Of a DNA stretch of 64,000 nucleotides, positions 30,929-39,940 are shown piece by piece; position 1 is the first letter of the stretch, and the number at the start of each line of letters is the position of its first letter. Location: contig DOGZ01000023.1 of assembly GCA_003528115.1 (NCBI GenBank), positions 24,231 to 88,230 on the forward strand. The letters run 5' to 3'. The stretch comes from Candidatus Omnitrophota bacterium. Lineage in GTDB: Bacteria > Omnitrophota > Gorgyraeia > Zapsychrales > Zapsychraceae. The notes beneath the pieces were generated by a model. That model did not search any database. It saw nothing but the letters and a program-made list of their open reading frames with translations, and had not been told where the DNA came from. A program made the position numbers and the translations under genes.

Positions 30929-32861
30929 ACTTTTTGGTCTGGTCATCCAATCCTTGCCGTTGCCCGTGGCCCTCTGGACGGGAAAGTTTCTCGGCATGAT
31001 GGTCTATTACGTCGACGCGCGGCATAAGGCCTTGGCCTATGCCAATCTGAAAATGGCCTTTAGCCGTTTAAGGTCATCGGATGAGTTAAAGCGAATCACC
31101 AAGATTCTGTTTCAGAATTATGGACGGAATTTGATTGAATTGTTCCGCATGCCGCTGCTGACTCCGTCTAAGTTCGCGGAATTGGTCAAGATTGAAGGAA
31201 AGGAAAACATCTCTGAGGCGTTGAAGCAAGGCAAGGGACTGATTTTGATTGCCATGCATTTTGGAAGCTGGGAGATGGCCAGCGTTTCGTGCGGTTTACT
31301 GGATCATCCGTACAAGGTCATTGTCAAACCGCAAGTGAAATATTCTAAACTCGATGAGCTGCTCAATTCTTACCGGGCCTGCGGGGGGTCGGTCATTCTT
31401 TCCAAAGGATTGGGGACGCGGGACTTTGTGAAAAGTTTAAAGAACAATGAAGTCATCGGCATGGTGGTGGATCAAGGGGGCAAGGATGGTGTCCTGGTGC
31501 CGTTTTTCAGCCGGCAGGCATCGATGTCCTCAGGGGCCATCCGTATGGGATTGAAGTGGGGCGTGCCGTTATGCTTCTCTATTATTATCCGGGAAAACGG
31601 CGCGCACCACCGGATGATCATTAATAAACCTCTTGAGCTGGAAAATACCGGAGACATGGAAAAAGATGTTGTGACGAACTTAACAAAGATCGCCGGGATC
31701 ATGGAACGGTATATCACCGAGTATCCGTCGGAATACATGTGGTTCTATAAAATCTGGAAGTATTCGAAAGAGGCGCATATCACCCTTCTCAGTGACGGAA
31801 AGACTGGTCATCTGCGGCAATCCGAGACGGTGGCGCGGATGATGCAGAAGGCTTTGGCGGAAAGAAGGATCGCCTCAACGGTTCAAACCGTTCAGGTGAA
31901 TTTCAAGAATAAGTTTGCCGCGAGAATTTTTTCTCTCATGAGTCTTCTTTCGCGTCCTTTCTTGCATCAGGGCCGGCTGCAATGTCTGAAATGGTTTCTG
32001 ACCGAGAAGTCTTTAAAAGATGTCATGGCCGCGAAGGCGGATTTTATTGTCTCCTGCGGCTCCTCCATCGCCGGGGTGAATCATCTTTTGTCTCAGGATC
32101 ATAATGCCAAAAGCCTGGTGGTCCTTAAGCCGGGTCTCTTGGGATATGACCGGTTTGATTTGGTCCTATTGCCCCAGCATGATGTCTCGCGTCAAGACAG
32201 GAGCAGGAAACGCGTCGCTGTCACGGTCGCGGCGCCGAATTTGGTTAATGAAGAGTATCTGAAAGAACAATCCGTTTTGCTTTTGAACCGGTTTTCGCAT
32301 CTGAAGAGCCATACAAGAATGAAGATAGGCCTTTTTATCGGCGGCAATTCGAAAAACGTTTATTTGAGCGAGCCTCAGATAAGGGTATTGATTCACCAGA
32401 TCAAGCAGATCGCTCAAGAAATGAACGCGGATATCCTGGTGACGACGTCCCGCAGGACCCCGGGGCATCTTGAGCAACTGCTTCACGCGGAATTGAAGAA
32501 ATTTCCCCGATGTCCTTTGCTGATATTGGCTAACAAGGATAATATCCCGGAGGCTGTCGGCGGGATTCTGGGGTTGTCGGATATCGTCGTGGTGTCGGGG
32601 GACAGCATCTCCATGATCTCTGAGGCCGCGGCTTCAGGGAAAGACACCATTGTTTTTTCTCCGGAAAGCCGCGGAGGTTTCTGGAAAGGGACGGACAAGC
32701 ATAAAGTGTTTATTGAAAAACTTTATACCCAGGGATTTATTTTATCCGCCGAGGCGGGAAGTGTCGCGCAAACCATCAATGACGTTTTCAAGAACAAGAT
32801 CCATACAAAGAAAATCGAAGACCAGCAGATTATTCTCAACGCGGTGCGGGAAGCTATTTAA
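30873..32861 (+). CDS. Two-domain protein: N-terminal LpxL/HtrB-family lipid A late acyltransferase fused to a C-terminal ELM1/COG3660-like GT-B-fold domain
   Basis: The N-half has 'LIAMHFGSWEMA' (HX4E/D acyltransferase motif) and a LABLAT-like layout. The C-half has 'ILVTTSRRTP' and 'VVVSGDSISMISEAAASGKDTIVF', resembling the Mito_fiss_Elm1/COG3660 family. Assignment from memory. Confidence 0.55.
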   Translation: MSKGRKNSLKELIIYYSARLFGLVIQSLPLPVALWTGKFLGMMVYYVDARHKALAYANLKMAFSRLRSSDELKRITKILFQNYGRNLIELFRMPLLTPSKFAELVKIEGKENISEALKQGKGLILIAMHFGSWEMASVSCGLLDHPYKVIVKPQVKYSKLDELLNSYRACGGSVILSKGLGTRDFVKSLKNNEVIGMVVDQGGKDGVLVPFFSRQASMSSGAIRMGLKWGVPLCFSIIIRENGAHHRMIINKPLELENTGDMEKDVVTNLTKIAGIMERYITEYPSEYMWFYKIWKYSKEAHITLLSDGKTGHLRQSETVARMMQKALAERRIASTVQTVQVNFKNKFAARIFSLMSLLSRPFLHQGRLQCLKWFLTEKSLKDVMAAKADFIVSCGSSIAGVNHLLSQDHNAKSLVVLKPGLLGYDRFDLVLLPQHDVSRQDRSRKRVAVTVAAPNLVNEEYLKEQSVLLLNRFSHLKSHTRMKIGLFIGGNSKNVYLSEPQIRVLIHQIKQIAQEMNADILVTTSRRTPGHLEQLLHAELKKFPRCPLLILANKDNIPEAVGGILGLSDIVVVSGDSISMISEAAASGKDTIVFSPESRGGFWKGTDKHKVFIEKLYTQGFILSAEAGSVAQTINDVFKNKIHTKKIEDQQIILNAVREAI

Positions 32862-32999
32862 CTCTTTAGCAGGCGCTTGGAAAGAGCGGCAACGCCAGGG
32901 AATCAATTCTTGCCCGCGGGCAAGAATTCAGACAGCCGCCGGCTGGCAACGCGGCATGAACCTGACTGGAATAAAATTTCTTAAAGCGGAAGCGTTTCT

Positions 33000-35099
33000 A
33001 TGAAAATATTACAAATACTTCCTGAATTGAACGTCGGAGGCGTGGAGACCGGGACTCTGGATTTCGCCAAGTATCTGGTCGCCCATGGGCATCAGTCTTT
33101 GGTTGTCTCTCACGGGGGCAAGTTAGTGGCCGAACTCGAGAGGGCGGGAAGCCGGCATTATGTTTTGCCGGTCCACCAAAAATCATTTTTATCCATAGTG
33201 AAGCAGATTAAACCTCTTCGAAAAATCATTCTGGAGGAAAAGGTCGATATCGTTCACGCCCGTTCCCGCGTCCCGGCCTGGATCGCTTACTTTGCCTGCC
33301 GCAAGACAGACGCCTCTTTTATCACGACCTGTCATGGTTATTATAAAAATTATTTATTCAGTCAGGTGATGGGTTGGGCCAAGTTGGTCATTGCCCCGAG
33401 CAAGGTGATCGCGCGTCACATGATGGATGATTTTCATGTCTTCCCGGAGCAAATCCGGTGCATTCCCAGGAGCGTCGATTGGGAGAAATTTTCCATTCCC
33501 AGGACGCCGAAGACGGGAGGCGAGCCGCGCATCATAACGATCGTTGGACGCGTAACGCCTCTGAAAGGCCATGTCTATTTTATCAAGGCCATGGCCAAAG
33601 TGATTCGGTCCATGCCTCATATTAAGGTGTGGATTGTCGGCGATGCCCCGGCCAAGAAGGAATTTTATAAACGGGAAGTTGAGGTGTTGATTCGCCGTCT
33701 GGGGATACAAGACTATGTGGAGTTCTTAGGTAACCGTCAGGATATTCCTCAGCTTTTGTCCAAGACCGATGTGTTGGTGTTATCGACGATCACGCAGGAA
33801 GCCTTTGGCCGCGTGATTTTGGAGGCCCAGGCCGCGGGGGTCCCGGTTGTGGCCACCAAGGTCGGCGGCGTGGTGGATATTATTGATGAAGGCAAGACAG
33901 GGCTTCTGGTCCAGCCCAAAGACACCGAGGCCATGGCCGGGGAAGTGATGCGGCTGCTCAAAGATCCATTATTGGTTCAACAGATCACCGCGCAGGCGCA
34001 GAAGAAACTTAAAGAAGAATTTACGATTGACAAAATGGCCTCCCGGACCCTCGAGGCGTATCAGGAACTTGCCACGGTGAAGAATATCTTCGTTATCAAA
34101 TTAAGCGCCCTGGGGGATGTAATTCTCATTACAGCCTCGCTAAAGGCGTTACGGCACCAATTCCCCAAGGCCAGGATCTATTGTCTAGTGGGAAAGGATG
34201 TCGTGAAGATCCTGCAGAGCTGCCCGTATCTGGACGGTCTCATCGTTTACGATCAGAAGGATAAAGGATGGTGGGACATATTTAAGTTTTCTTCCAAGGT
34301 GCGGGCGTATAAGTTTGATCAAGTGATCGATTTTCAAAACAGCCGTCGCAGCCATGTGTTAGCATTTTTGAGTTTTGCCAGAGACACGTATGGGTTTCAT
34401 AATGGGAAATGGAGTTTCTTGCTGACACGGCCTGTTTCCGGTTACCGGAATGATATCCCTCCGGTGGAGCACCAGTTCCAGATTCTGGAGAAATTGGGGA
34501 TTTCTTATAAGACCGCTCATCCATTCCTTGAGCTTTGGCCGTCGGAAAAAGACCGTCAATATGCTCAAAAATTACTGGACGCCGAGTGGCTGGGAAACAG
34601 CAAGAACATGGTGGGCATCAATATCGCCGCTTCAGCCAAATGGCAAACCAAGAATTGGCCTGTGGAACACGTCGCGAAATTGTGTGATCTTCTTTCGAGC
34701 AAGAACATCCGGGTCGTGTTAACGGGCATGGCGAAAGATAAAATCCTGGTGAAAAAGGTTTTATCCCTGACCCATGCCAAGCCGGCGGATCTGACCGGCA
34801 AGACGGATATTTTACAGCTCGCGGCGCTGATCAAAAAATGTAAAGTTTTTGTCACGCCGGATTCGGCACCGCTTCATGTGGCCGCGGCCATGAAAGTCCC
34901 TTGTATCGCTTTCTTTGGGCCGACGGATTCAAAACGCCACATCCCCCCGGCCAAGAAAATGATTGTTTTCGAGAAGAAACCCGCCTGTGCCCCTTGTTAC
35001 AGTTCGCGATGCAAGATAGGAACGCATGCCTGTCTGCAGGACATCACGCCGGAAGAAGTCGCTGAGGCCATTGAGACACTGATCGGAGAACATCCTTGA
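33000..35099 (+). CDS. Fusion of a GT4 glycosyltransferase (N-terminal) and a GT9 heptosyltransferase-family domain (C-terminal)
   Basis: GT4-like N-terminus 'KILQILPELNVGGVETGTLDFAKYL...EAFGRVILEAQAAGVPVVATKVGG'. C-half 'IFVIKLSALGDVILITASLKALRHQFPKARI' and 'DSAPLHVAAAM' are GT9 hallmarks. 699 aa. Confidence 0.7.
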   Translation: MKILQILPELNVGGVETGTLDFAKYLVAHGHQSLVVSHGGKLVAELERAGSRHYVLPVHQKSFLSIVKQIKPLRKIILEEKVDIVHARSRVPAWIAYFACRKTDASFITTCHGYYKNYLFSQVMGWAKLVIAPSKVIARHMMDDFHVFPEQIRCIPRSVDWEKFSIPRTPKTGGEPRIITIVGRVTPLKGHVYFIKAMAKVIRSMPHIKVWIVGDAPAKKEFYKREVEVLIRRLGIQDYVEFLGNRQDIPQLLSKTDVLVLSTITQEAFGRVILEAQAAGVPVVATKVGGVVDIIDEGKTGLLVQPKDTEAMAGEVMRLLKDPLLVQQITAQAQKKLKEEFTIDKMASRTLEAYQELATVKNIFVIKLSALGDVILITASLKALRHQFPKARIYCLVGKDVVKILQSCPYLDGLIVYDQKDKGWWDIFKFSSKVRAYKFDQVIDFQNSRRSHVLAFLSFARDTYGFHNGKWSFLLTRPVSGYRNDIPPVEHQFQILEKLGISYKTAHPFLELWPSEKDRQYAQKLLDAEWLGNSKNMVGINIAASAKWQTKNWPVEHVAKLCDLLSSKNIRVVLTGMAKDKILVKKVLSLTHAKPADLTGKTDILQLAALIKKCKVFVTPDSAPLHVAAAMKVPCIAFFGPTDSKRHIPPAKKMIVFEKKPACAPCYSSRCKIGTHACLQDITPEEVAEAIETLIGEHP

Positions 35100-36202
35100 A
35101 CATCCTTTTTCTAACAACGCATCTGAATACCGGCGGCATAACAACCTATCTTCTGACGTTGACGAAGGGATTGGTGCGCCGCGGATGTTCTGTGCACGTG
35201 GCCTCATGCGGCGGAAATAGGGAAGAGGCATTCATTGCAAGCGGGGTAAGACTTCTCAACATCAACATCCGCACCAAGTCGGAACTCTCCCCGCGACTAT
35301 ATCTGGCCCTGCCTCATCTCAGGCGCTACGTCAAGGAACACAATATCGAAATCATTCACGCCCATACGCGGATCACGCAGGTGATGGGGCGATTGTTAAA
35401 GACTCTGACGCGCAGGCCGTATGTGTCCACGTGTCATGGGTATTTTAAACCGCGCTTTTCCCGCAGGATTTTTCCGTGTTGGGGAGACGCGGTGATCGCG
35501 ATCAGTCAGGCTGTTTGTGATCATCTTAAAAAGGACTTTGGCGTCAAGAAGGAGAAGACGGCCTTGATCCCGAGCGGTTTGGACTTAGAGGCGTTTCCCC
35601 TCATTGATGAGGAAAAAAGGAAGAGGAACCGTCGGCGTTTGGGGTTAAGCGATGAACCCCTCATCGGCATCGTCGCGCGGCTGTCGGATGTCAAGGGACA
35701 GGATATTTTGATTAAGGCGATGAAAAAAGTCATCGAAAGAATCCCGCGGGCCAGGCTTTTGATCGCGGGGGAAGGAAAGTGGGAATCCTCCTTGAAAGAC
35801 CTCGCGCGCAGTTTAGGGTTAACAGACCATGTCCTATTTTACGCCGGCGTAAACGAGACTGTCGACAGCTTATCGATGTTGGATGTCTTTGCCATGCCGT
35901 CGCGTTCCGAAGGGCTGGGTCTGTCGGTGATGGAGGCCCAGGCCTGCGGCCTGCCGGTGGCGGCTTCGCGCGTCGGCGGGATTCCGAGTCTCATTGAAGA
36001 CGGCCAAACCGGTTTTCTAGTGGAACCTGAAAATCCGGATGCCCTTGCCGGGGCTTTAGTGAAAATTCTCGAGAATCCGGGTCTGGCCAAGCGCGTGGGA
36101 TCGGCGGCCAGAAAGTTTATTGAAGAAAATTGTTCGTCGGATAAGATGGTGGATAAGACGTTAGCCTTGTACAAAGGCGTTATAGACAAGAGACATGAAT
36201 AA
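35096..36202 (+). CDS. Glycosyltransferase family 4
   Basis: 'ILFLTTHLNTGGITTYLLTL' and 'SEGLGLSVMEAQACGLPVAASRVGGIPSLIEDGQTGFLV' (E-x7-E region). Confidence 0.75.
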   Translation: MNILFLTTHLNTGGITTYLLTLTKGLVRRGCSVHVASCGGNREEAFIASGVRLLNINIRTKSELSPRLYLALPHLRRYVKEHNIEIIHAHTRITQVMGRLLKTLTRRPYVSTCHGYFKPRFSRRIFPCWGDAVIAISQAVCDHLKKDFGVKKEKTALIPSGLDLEAFPLIDEEKRKRNRRRLGLSDEPLIGIVARLSDVKGQDILIKAMKKVIERIPRARLLIAGEGKWESSLKDLARSLGLTDHVLFYAGVNETVDSLSMLDVFAMPSRSEGLGLSVMEAQACGLPVAASRVGGIPSLIEDGQTGFLVEPENPDALAGALVKILENPGLAKRVGSAARKFIEENCSSDKMVDKTLALYKGVIDKRHE

Positions 36203-37208
36203 TATCCTGGTGGTCAATGTCAATTGGCTGGGCGATGTGATCTTTTCCTCCCCGGTTTTTAGAGCTCTGAAAGAGGCCTATCCCCAGGCGAGGATCATCT
36301 GCCTGGCGGTACCCCGGGTCAAGGAGATCCTTGAGAGTATTCCATTTATCGATGAGATTATTATCTATGATGAGAAAGGCAAACACGCCTCGCTCACGGC
36401 CAAGCTGGGGTTGATTTATTCCTTGAGGAAAAAAAAATTTGATATTGCCTTTTTATTGCATCGTTCCCTGACACGGGCATTGTTTGTTTTCCTGGCGGGG
36501 ATCCCTCGGCGGGTGGGTTACGATACCAAAGGCCGGGGCTTTTTTTTGACGCACAAGGTTAAGCCGCTGGCGGGAGAGGCGCACCGCTCCGATCATTACC
36601 TCCATGTGATCGAGTCTTACGGCATTTCCGTCCGCGACCGTCGGACACAATTAAACGTGACCTCCCAGTCCAAGGAGGAGGTCTCGGGGATGCTGACTGC
36701 CGAGAATGTCCGGCCCGAAGATGAAATAGTTGTCATTAACCCCGGCGGGAATTGGGATCTGAAACGCTGGCCCGTTGAAAACTTCGCGAAACTGGTGGAT
36801 CATTTGATGAATGAGGGGCGTTGGAAAGTTGTGATCGCCGGAGCGCCTCAAGATGTCCCTCTGTTTGAGACCATCATCTCCCATAGCAAAGACAAACCCA
36901 TCAACCTGACGGGAAAGACGACCCTCAAGCAACTCATGGCCCTCATGCAGCGGGCCAGACTGGTGATCTCAGCCGATTCCGGGCCGTTGCATCTGGCCAG
37001 CAGTGTCGGTACGGACGTGATCGGCATCTTCGGCCCCACGCGTCCGGAAATCACCGGCCCCCGCGGATCGGGCCGCGGCGCGATCCTCCAGCATGACGTC
37101 GGCTGCAACCGCAAGGCGTGTTACCATTTAAAATGTCCGGATAATATCTGTATGAAATCCATCAGTGTGGAAGATGTGCTTACCAAGTTCAATAAGATCA
37201 TAGAATAA
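36195..37208 (+). CDS. GT9 heptosyltransferase-family glycosyltransferase (WaaF/WaaC-like)
   Basis: 'ILVVNVNWLGDVIFSSPVFRALKEAYPQARI' and 'DSGPLHLASSVGTDVIGIFGPT' signatures. Confidence 0.75.
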   Translation: MNNILVVNVNWLGDVIFSSPVFRALKEAYPQARIICLAVPRVKEILESIPFIDEIIIYDEKGKHASLTAKLGLIYSLRKKKFDIAFLLHRSLTRALFVFLAGIPRRVGYDTKGRGFFLTHKVKPLAGEAHRSDHYLHVIESYGISVRDRRTQLNVTSQSKEEVSGMLTAENVRPEDEIVVINPGGNWDLKRWPVENFAKLVDHLMNEGRWKVVIAGAPQDVPLFETIISHSKDKPINLTGKTTLKQLMALMQRARLVISADSGPLHLASSVGTDVIGIFGPTRPEITGPRGSGRGAILQHDVGCNRKACYHLKCPDNICMKSISVEDVLTKFNKIIE

Positions 37209-37456
37209 CCCCTTTCACTTCCTCAGCAAAGGCCGGTAAATATTCCATTGACGATACCGTTTTACAAATGCGGCATATGACCCGGTCTCTCAGTCTAGAG
37301 AATTTTGTTTACAATGAGGACGATTGCAAGGCGATGACCGTGCTTTTGGATTGTCTGCGGCCGCAGGCGGATGCTTATTTTCTATTGACAAATGGAGACG
37401 CTGTGGTAAGTTGTGTATGTAAATAAAGTGTACTAAAGTTATTTCAAAGATAACCT

Positions 37457-38257
37457 ATGCTACAATATAATACATCAAAAACTTTTGGGCCCATTGAGAC
37501 CAATATCATCGCTCGTTTAACATACGAGAAAAAGTTGATCGTCACCATAGAGGATCTCGATCAACTATTTAAACTTGGTCCAGAGGACAGAAAGCAGATT
37601 GTTTTCAGGCTCAAAAGGAAAAAAATACTAAACCCTATAAAGCGCGGCGTCTATGCCTTTTCCCCGCTTGAAGCCGGCCCGGAAGGGACAGGGATTGATG
37701 AACTGCTTATTCCTCCGCTTTTTTTCCCTAAAAAAAATTATTATGTCGGTTATTCAACTATGTTTAATTACTACGGTTTTTCAGAGCAACTTTTTCAGAC
37801 TGTATATGTTCTTAATACGACCTTACGTATGGAAAGAATAATTTGCGGCATTTCCTATAAGTTCATAAGAATTCCGGAAAGCCGCATCTATGGGCAGGAA
37901 ATTATTAAAGTGAAAAATACGGATGTCCTCGTTAGTTCTAAAGAGAGGACGCTCATTGATCTTCTCTATTTTAACAAGCCGGTTGGCGGCATTAATAGTG
38001 CCGCCCGGATTTTCAAACAAGTTGTTGAAGAAAAAAAATGTGATATCAGGAAGCTTGTTCAAGACGCCGCGCGCTTTTCGAATATCACGACTAGAAAACG
38101 CATCGGTTTGATTCTTGATGATTTAGGCGTCGCCGATACCGCTCTTAGGCCGCTTATCAAAAGTGTAGCGAAAACCGCGCTGAGTTCGTTTAGCGGATCG
38201 CGTAAAGGAACACTCAATAAAAAATGGAGAGTCCTTGTCAATGATTCACAAAGATAA
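37457..38257 (+). CDS. abiEi: AbiEi-family antitoxin / transcriptional regulator (type IV TA, abortive infection)
   Basis: N-terminal wHTH followed by 'IKRGVYAF' (the conserved R-G-x-Y) and a C-terminal 'YYVGYSTMFNYYGFSEQ' region. AT-rich (visibly lower GC than neighbours). Overlaps the downstream toxin gene by 23 nt. Confidence 0.65.
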   Translation: MLQYNTSKTFGPIETNIIARLTYEKKLIVTIEDLDQLFKLGPEDRKQIVFRLKRKKILNPIKRGVYAFSPLEAGPEGTGIDELLIPPLFFPKKNYYVGYSTMFNYYGFSEQLFQTVYVLNTTLRMERIICGISYKFIRIPESRIYGQEIIKVKNTDVLVSSKERTLIDLLYFNKPVGGINSAARIFKQVVEEKKCDIRKLVQDAARFSNITTRKRIGLILDDLGVADTALRPLIKSVAKTALSSFSGSRKGTLNKKWRVLVNDSQR

Positions 38258-39119
38258 AGAGGAATTTATAAAAATTCTTGAGAGAGCATCCAGGAAAAAG
38301 GAATTCTTATTGCCTCAATTGGAGAAAGATTATTACTTAACATTGATTCTCTCCCGGGTCCATGAGCTTTCAGAAGACCTCATTTTTAAAGGGGGGACAT
38401 GCCTGAATAAAATTTATTACGCGTATTATCGTTTGAGCGAAGATCTTGATTTTAGTATAAAGCTCCCGCAGTACGAAGCGACGCGCGGCGAAAGACGCAA
38501 GTGTATCCAGCCGGTGAAGGATAATATAAAGAAATTTGTGGAGCCATTCGATATCAGGATTGATGATTCGGGCAATCCCGGGCGTAATGAATCCAAGCAG
38601 TATGTATATTATTTCGTTTATCAATCAGCTCTGCGCCAGGTCGAAGCAAAAATTAAATTTGAAATCAGCCTCAGGTATAATCCGATTCACGCGACAGAGA
38701 AGCGTCCAGTCCAGCATCATTTTTTGCATCCTTTTACCGGAGAGCCGTTATTTGATGGAGGCAAGGTTAATTGTTTATCCTTAAAAGAGATTGTGAGTGA
38801 AAAGCTCCGGGCCGCGGCTTTAAGGGAGACAATCGCGCCGCGCGATTTTTATGATCTTGATTTTATTTTGCGTAGTAAATTCAATCTTGCGGATCAGGAG
38901 GTTATCGATCTTTTTAAGAAAAAGATTGAGGAAGATGGCGGAGATCCGGAATTAGCAAAGTATCGCGCCAATCTCGGGCGGTCCAATGATGAAATTAAGG
39001 ATATGCGTTCACGGATTGAAAATGAATTATTTGACGCATTAACACCGGGTGAACGTGAGCATTTTGATCTCGACCAAGCGTTGGTGAGAATCAATGAGGC
39101 TTTAAAAGGGCTAAAGTAA
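38235..39119 (+). CDS. abiEii: AbiEii/AbiGii-family nucleotidyltransferase toxin (DUF1814)
   Basis: 'FKGGTCLNKIYYAYYRLSEDLDFS' matches the KGGTAL...RFSEDIDF core of AbiEii nucleotidyltransferases. 294 aa. Confidence 0.7.
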   Translation: MSMIHKDKEEFIKILERASRKKEFLLPQLEKDYYLTLILSRVHELSEDLIFKGGTCLNKIYYAYYRLSEDLDFSIKLPQYEATRGERRKCIQPVKDNIKKFVEPFDIRIDDSGNPGRNESKQYVYYFVYQSALRQVEAKIKFEISLRYNPIHATEKRPVQHHFLHPFTGEPLFDGGKVNCLSLKEIVSEKLRAAALRETIAPRDFYDLDFILRSKFNLADQEVIDLFKKKIEEDGGDPELAKYRANLGRSNDEIKDMRSRIENELFDALTPGEREHFDLDQALVRINEALKGLK

Positions 39120-39207
39120 TGACGCCGGTGGGTCGTGCGGATGAGAAATCTGATTTTGAGAGGGTTTTAGAAAGGTTTAATCAGATATTCGCGGACAAGA
39201 AATTTAA

Positions 39208-39453
39208 TTCAAACGCCCGCCGGACACTTTGAAAGGTTCGGAAAAGAGTTCGGATAAGATTTTTGCGGTAAGCAGGAAGAACGGTAGCATTAGCGCAACA
39301 CAGTTAGCGCGGATTTTAGGTGTTTCTCCAAGGGCGATAAAAAAACAGATCGCCAATTTGAGATCTTTTGGAGTTTTAAAGCACGTTGGCGGTCGTAAGA
39401 TGGGGCAATGGGAAATCATCGATAAAAATAACCTTTCCGTTCCTGGACCATAA
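39208..39453 (+). pseudogene. C-terminal wHTH fragment of a COG2865-type (AlbA_2-HATPase_c_4-wHTH) putative regulator; truncated remnant
   Basis: 'ATQLARILGVSPRAIKKQIANLRSFGVLKHVGGRKMGQWEII' matches the C-terminal wHTH of COG2865 proteins. The reading frame opens only 7 codons upstream, after a stop. Confidence 0.5.
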
Positions 39454-39736
39454 AAGTCTTGACGATATTGTTTCCGACGCGACCGACCTCACCGCCGCCG
39501 CGATCGACGCCTGCCGCGATGTCGGGAAGGGGAAGGTCAAGTGATCGCCTTGTTGAGAGGTCTATAAAAAGGATTAGTTCAAATGAACGGTCAATGGATG
39601 GGGCAATACACCGAAGGGCGAATGCGCGAATGCGGGACACAATACTTATTTCGGAAATCAACGTGCCAGGTACTTTCGCAGGGGACAGGTTGAAGGTTGA
39701 CCGAGTAGGCTCCCTTCGGCAGGAAAATCGAAGAAT

Positions 39737-39940
39737 ATGTTCAAAGAATCCGAAACAATCGAGTTCAAGAAATCCACCGCCCAGGTTAAGGCGGGGGTCC
39801 TTTCACCTGTGGCCATGCTCAACAAACATGGCCGGGGAGAGGAAATCAATCCGGGAGATTTCTTTATCGGCCATAAGAAGTCGATGAAATTGGATAGTTT
39901 CAAATATGCACGTAACGCCATCAGACAAATCACGCATTAA
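39737..39940 (+). pseudogene. N-terminal fragment of an AlbA_2 (Schlafen-like, COG2865) domain gene; disrupted after about 30 codons
   Basis: 'ESETIEFKKS' is the classic AlbA_2 N-terminal motif. The sequence diverges soon after and stops at 67 aa, overlapping the next heptosyltransferase start. Confidence 0.45.

Noticed and set aside
39459-39887. 142-aa Pro/Arg-rich ORF spanning the gap between the two COG2865 fragments
   Set aside because: It has extreme composition, overlaps both pseudogene fragments in another frame, and lacks an RBS. It is most likely non-coding debris.
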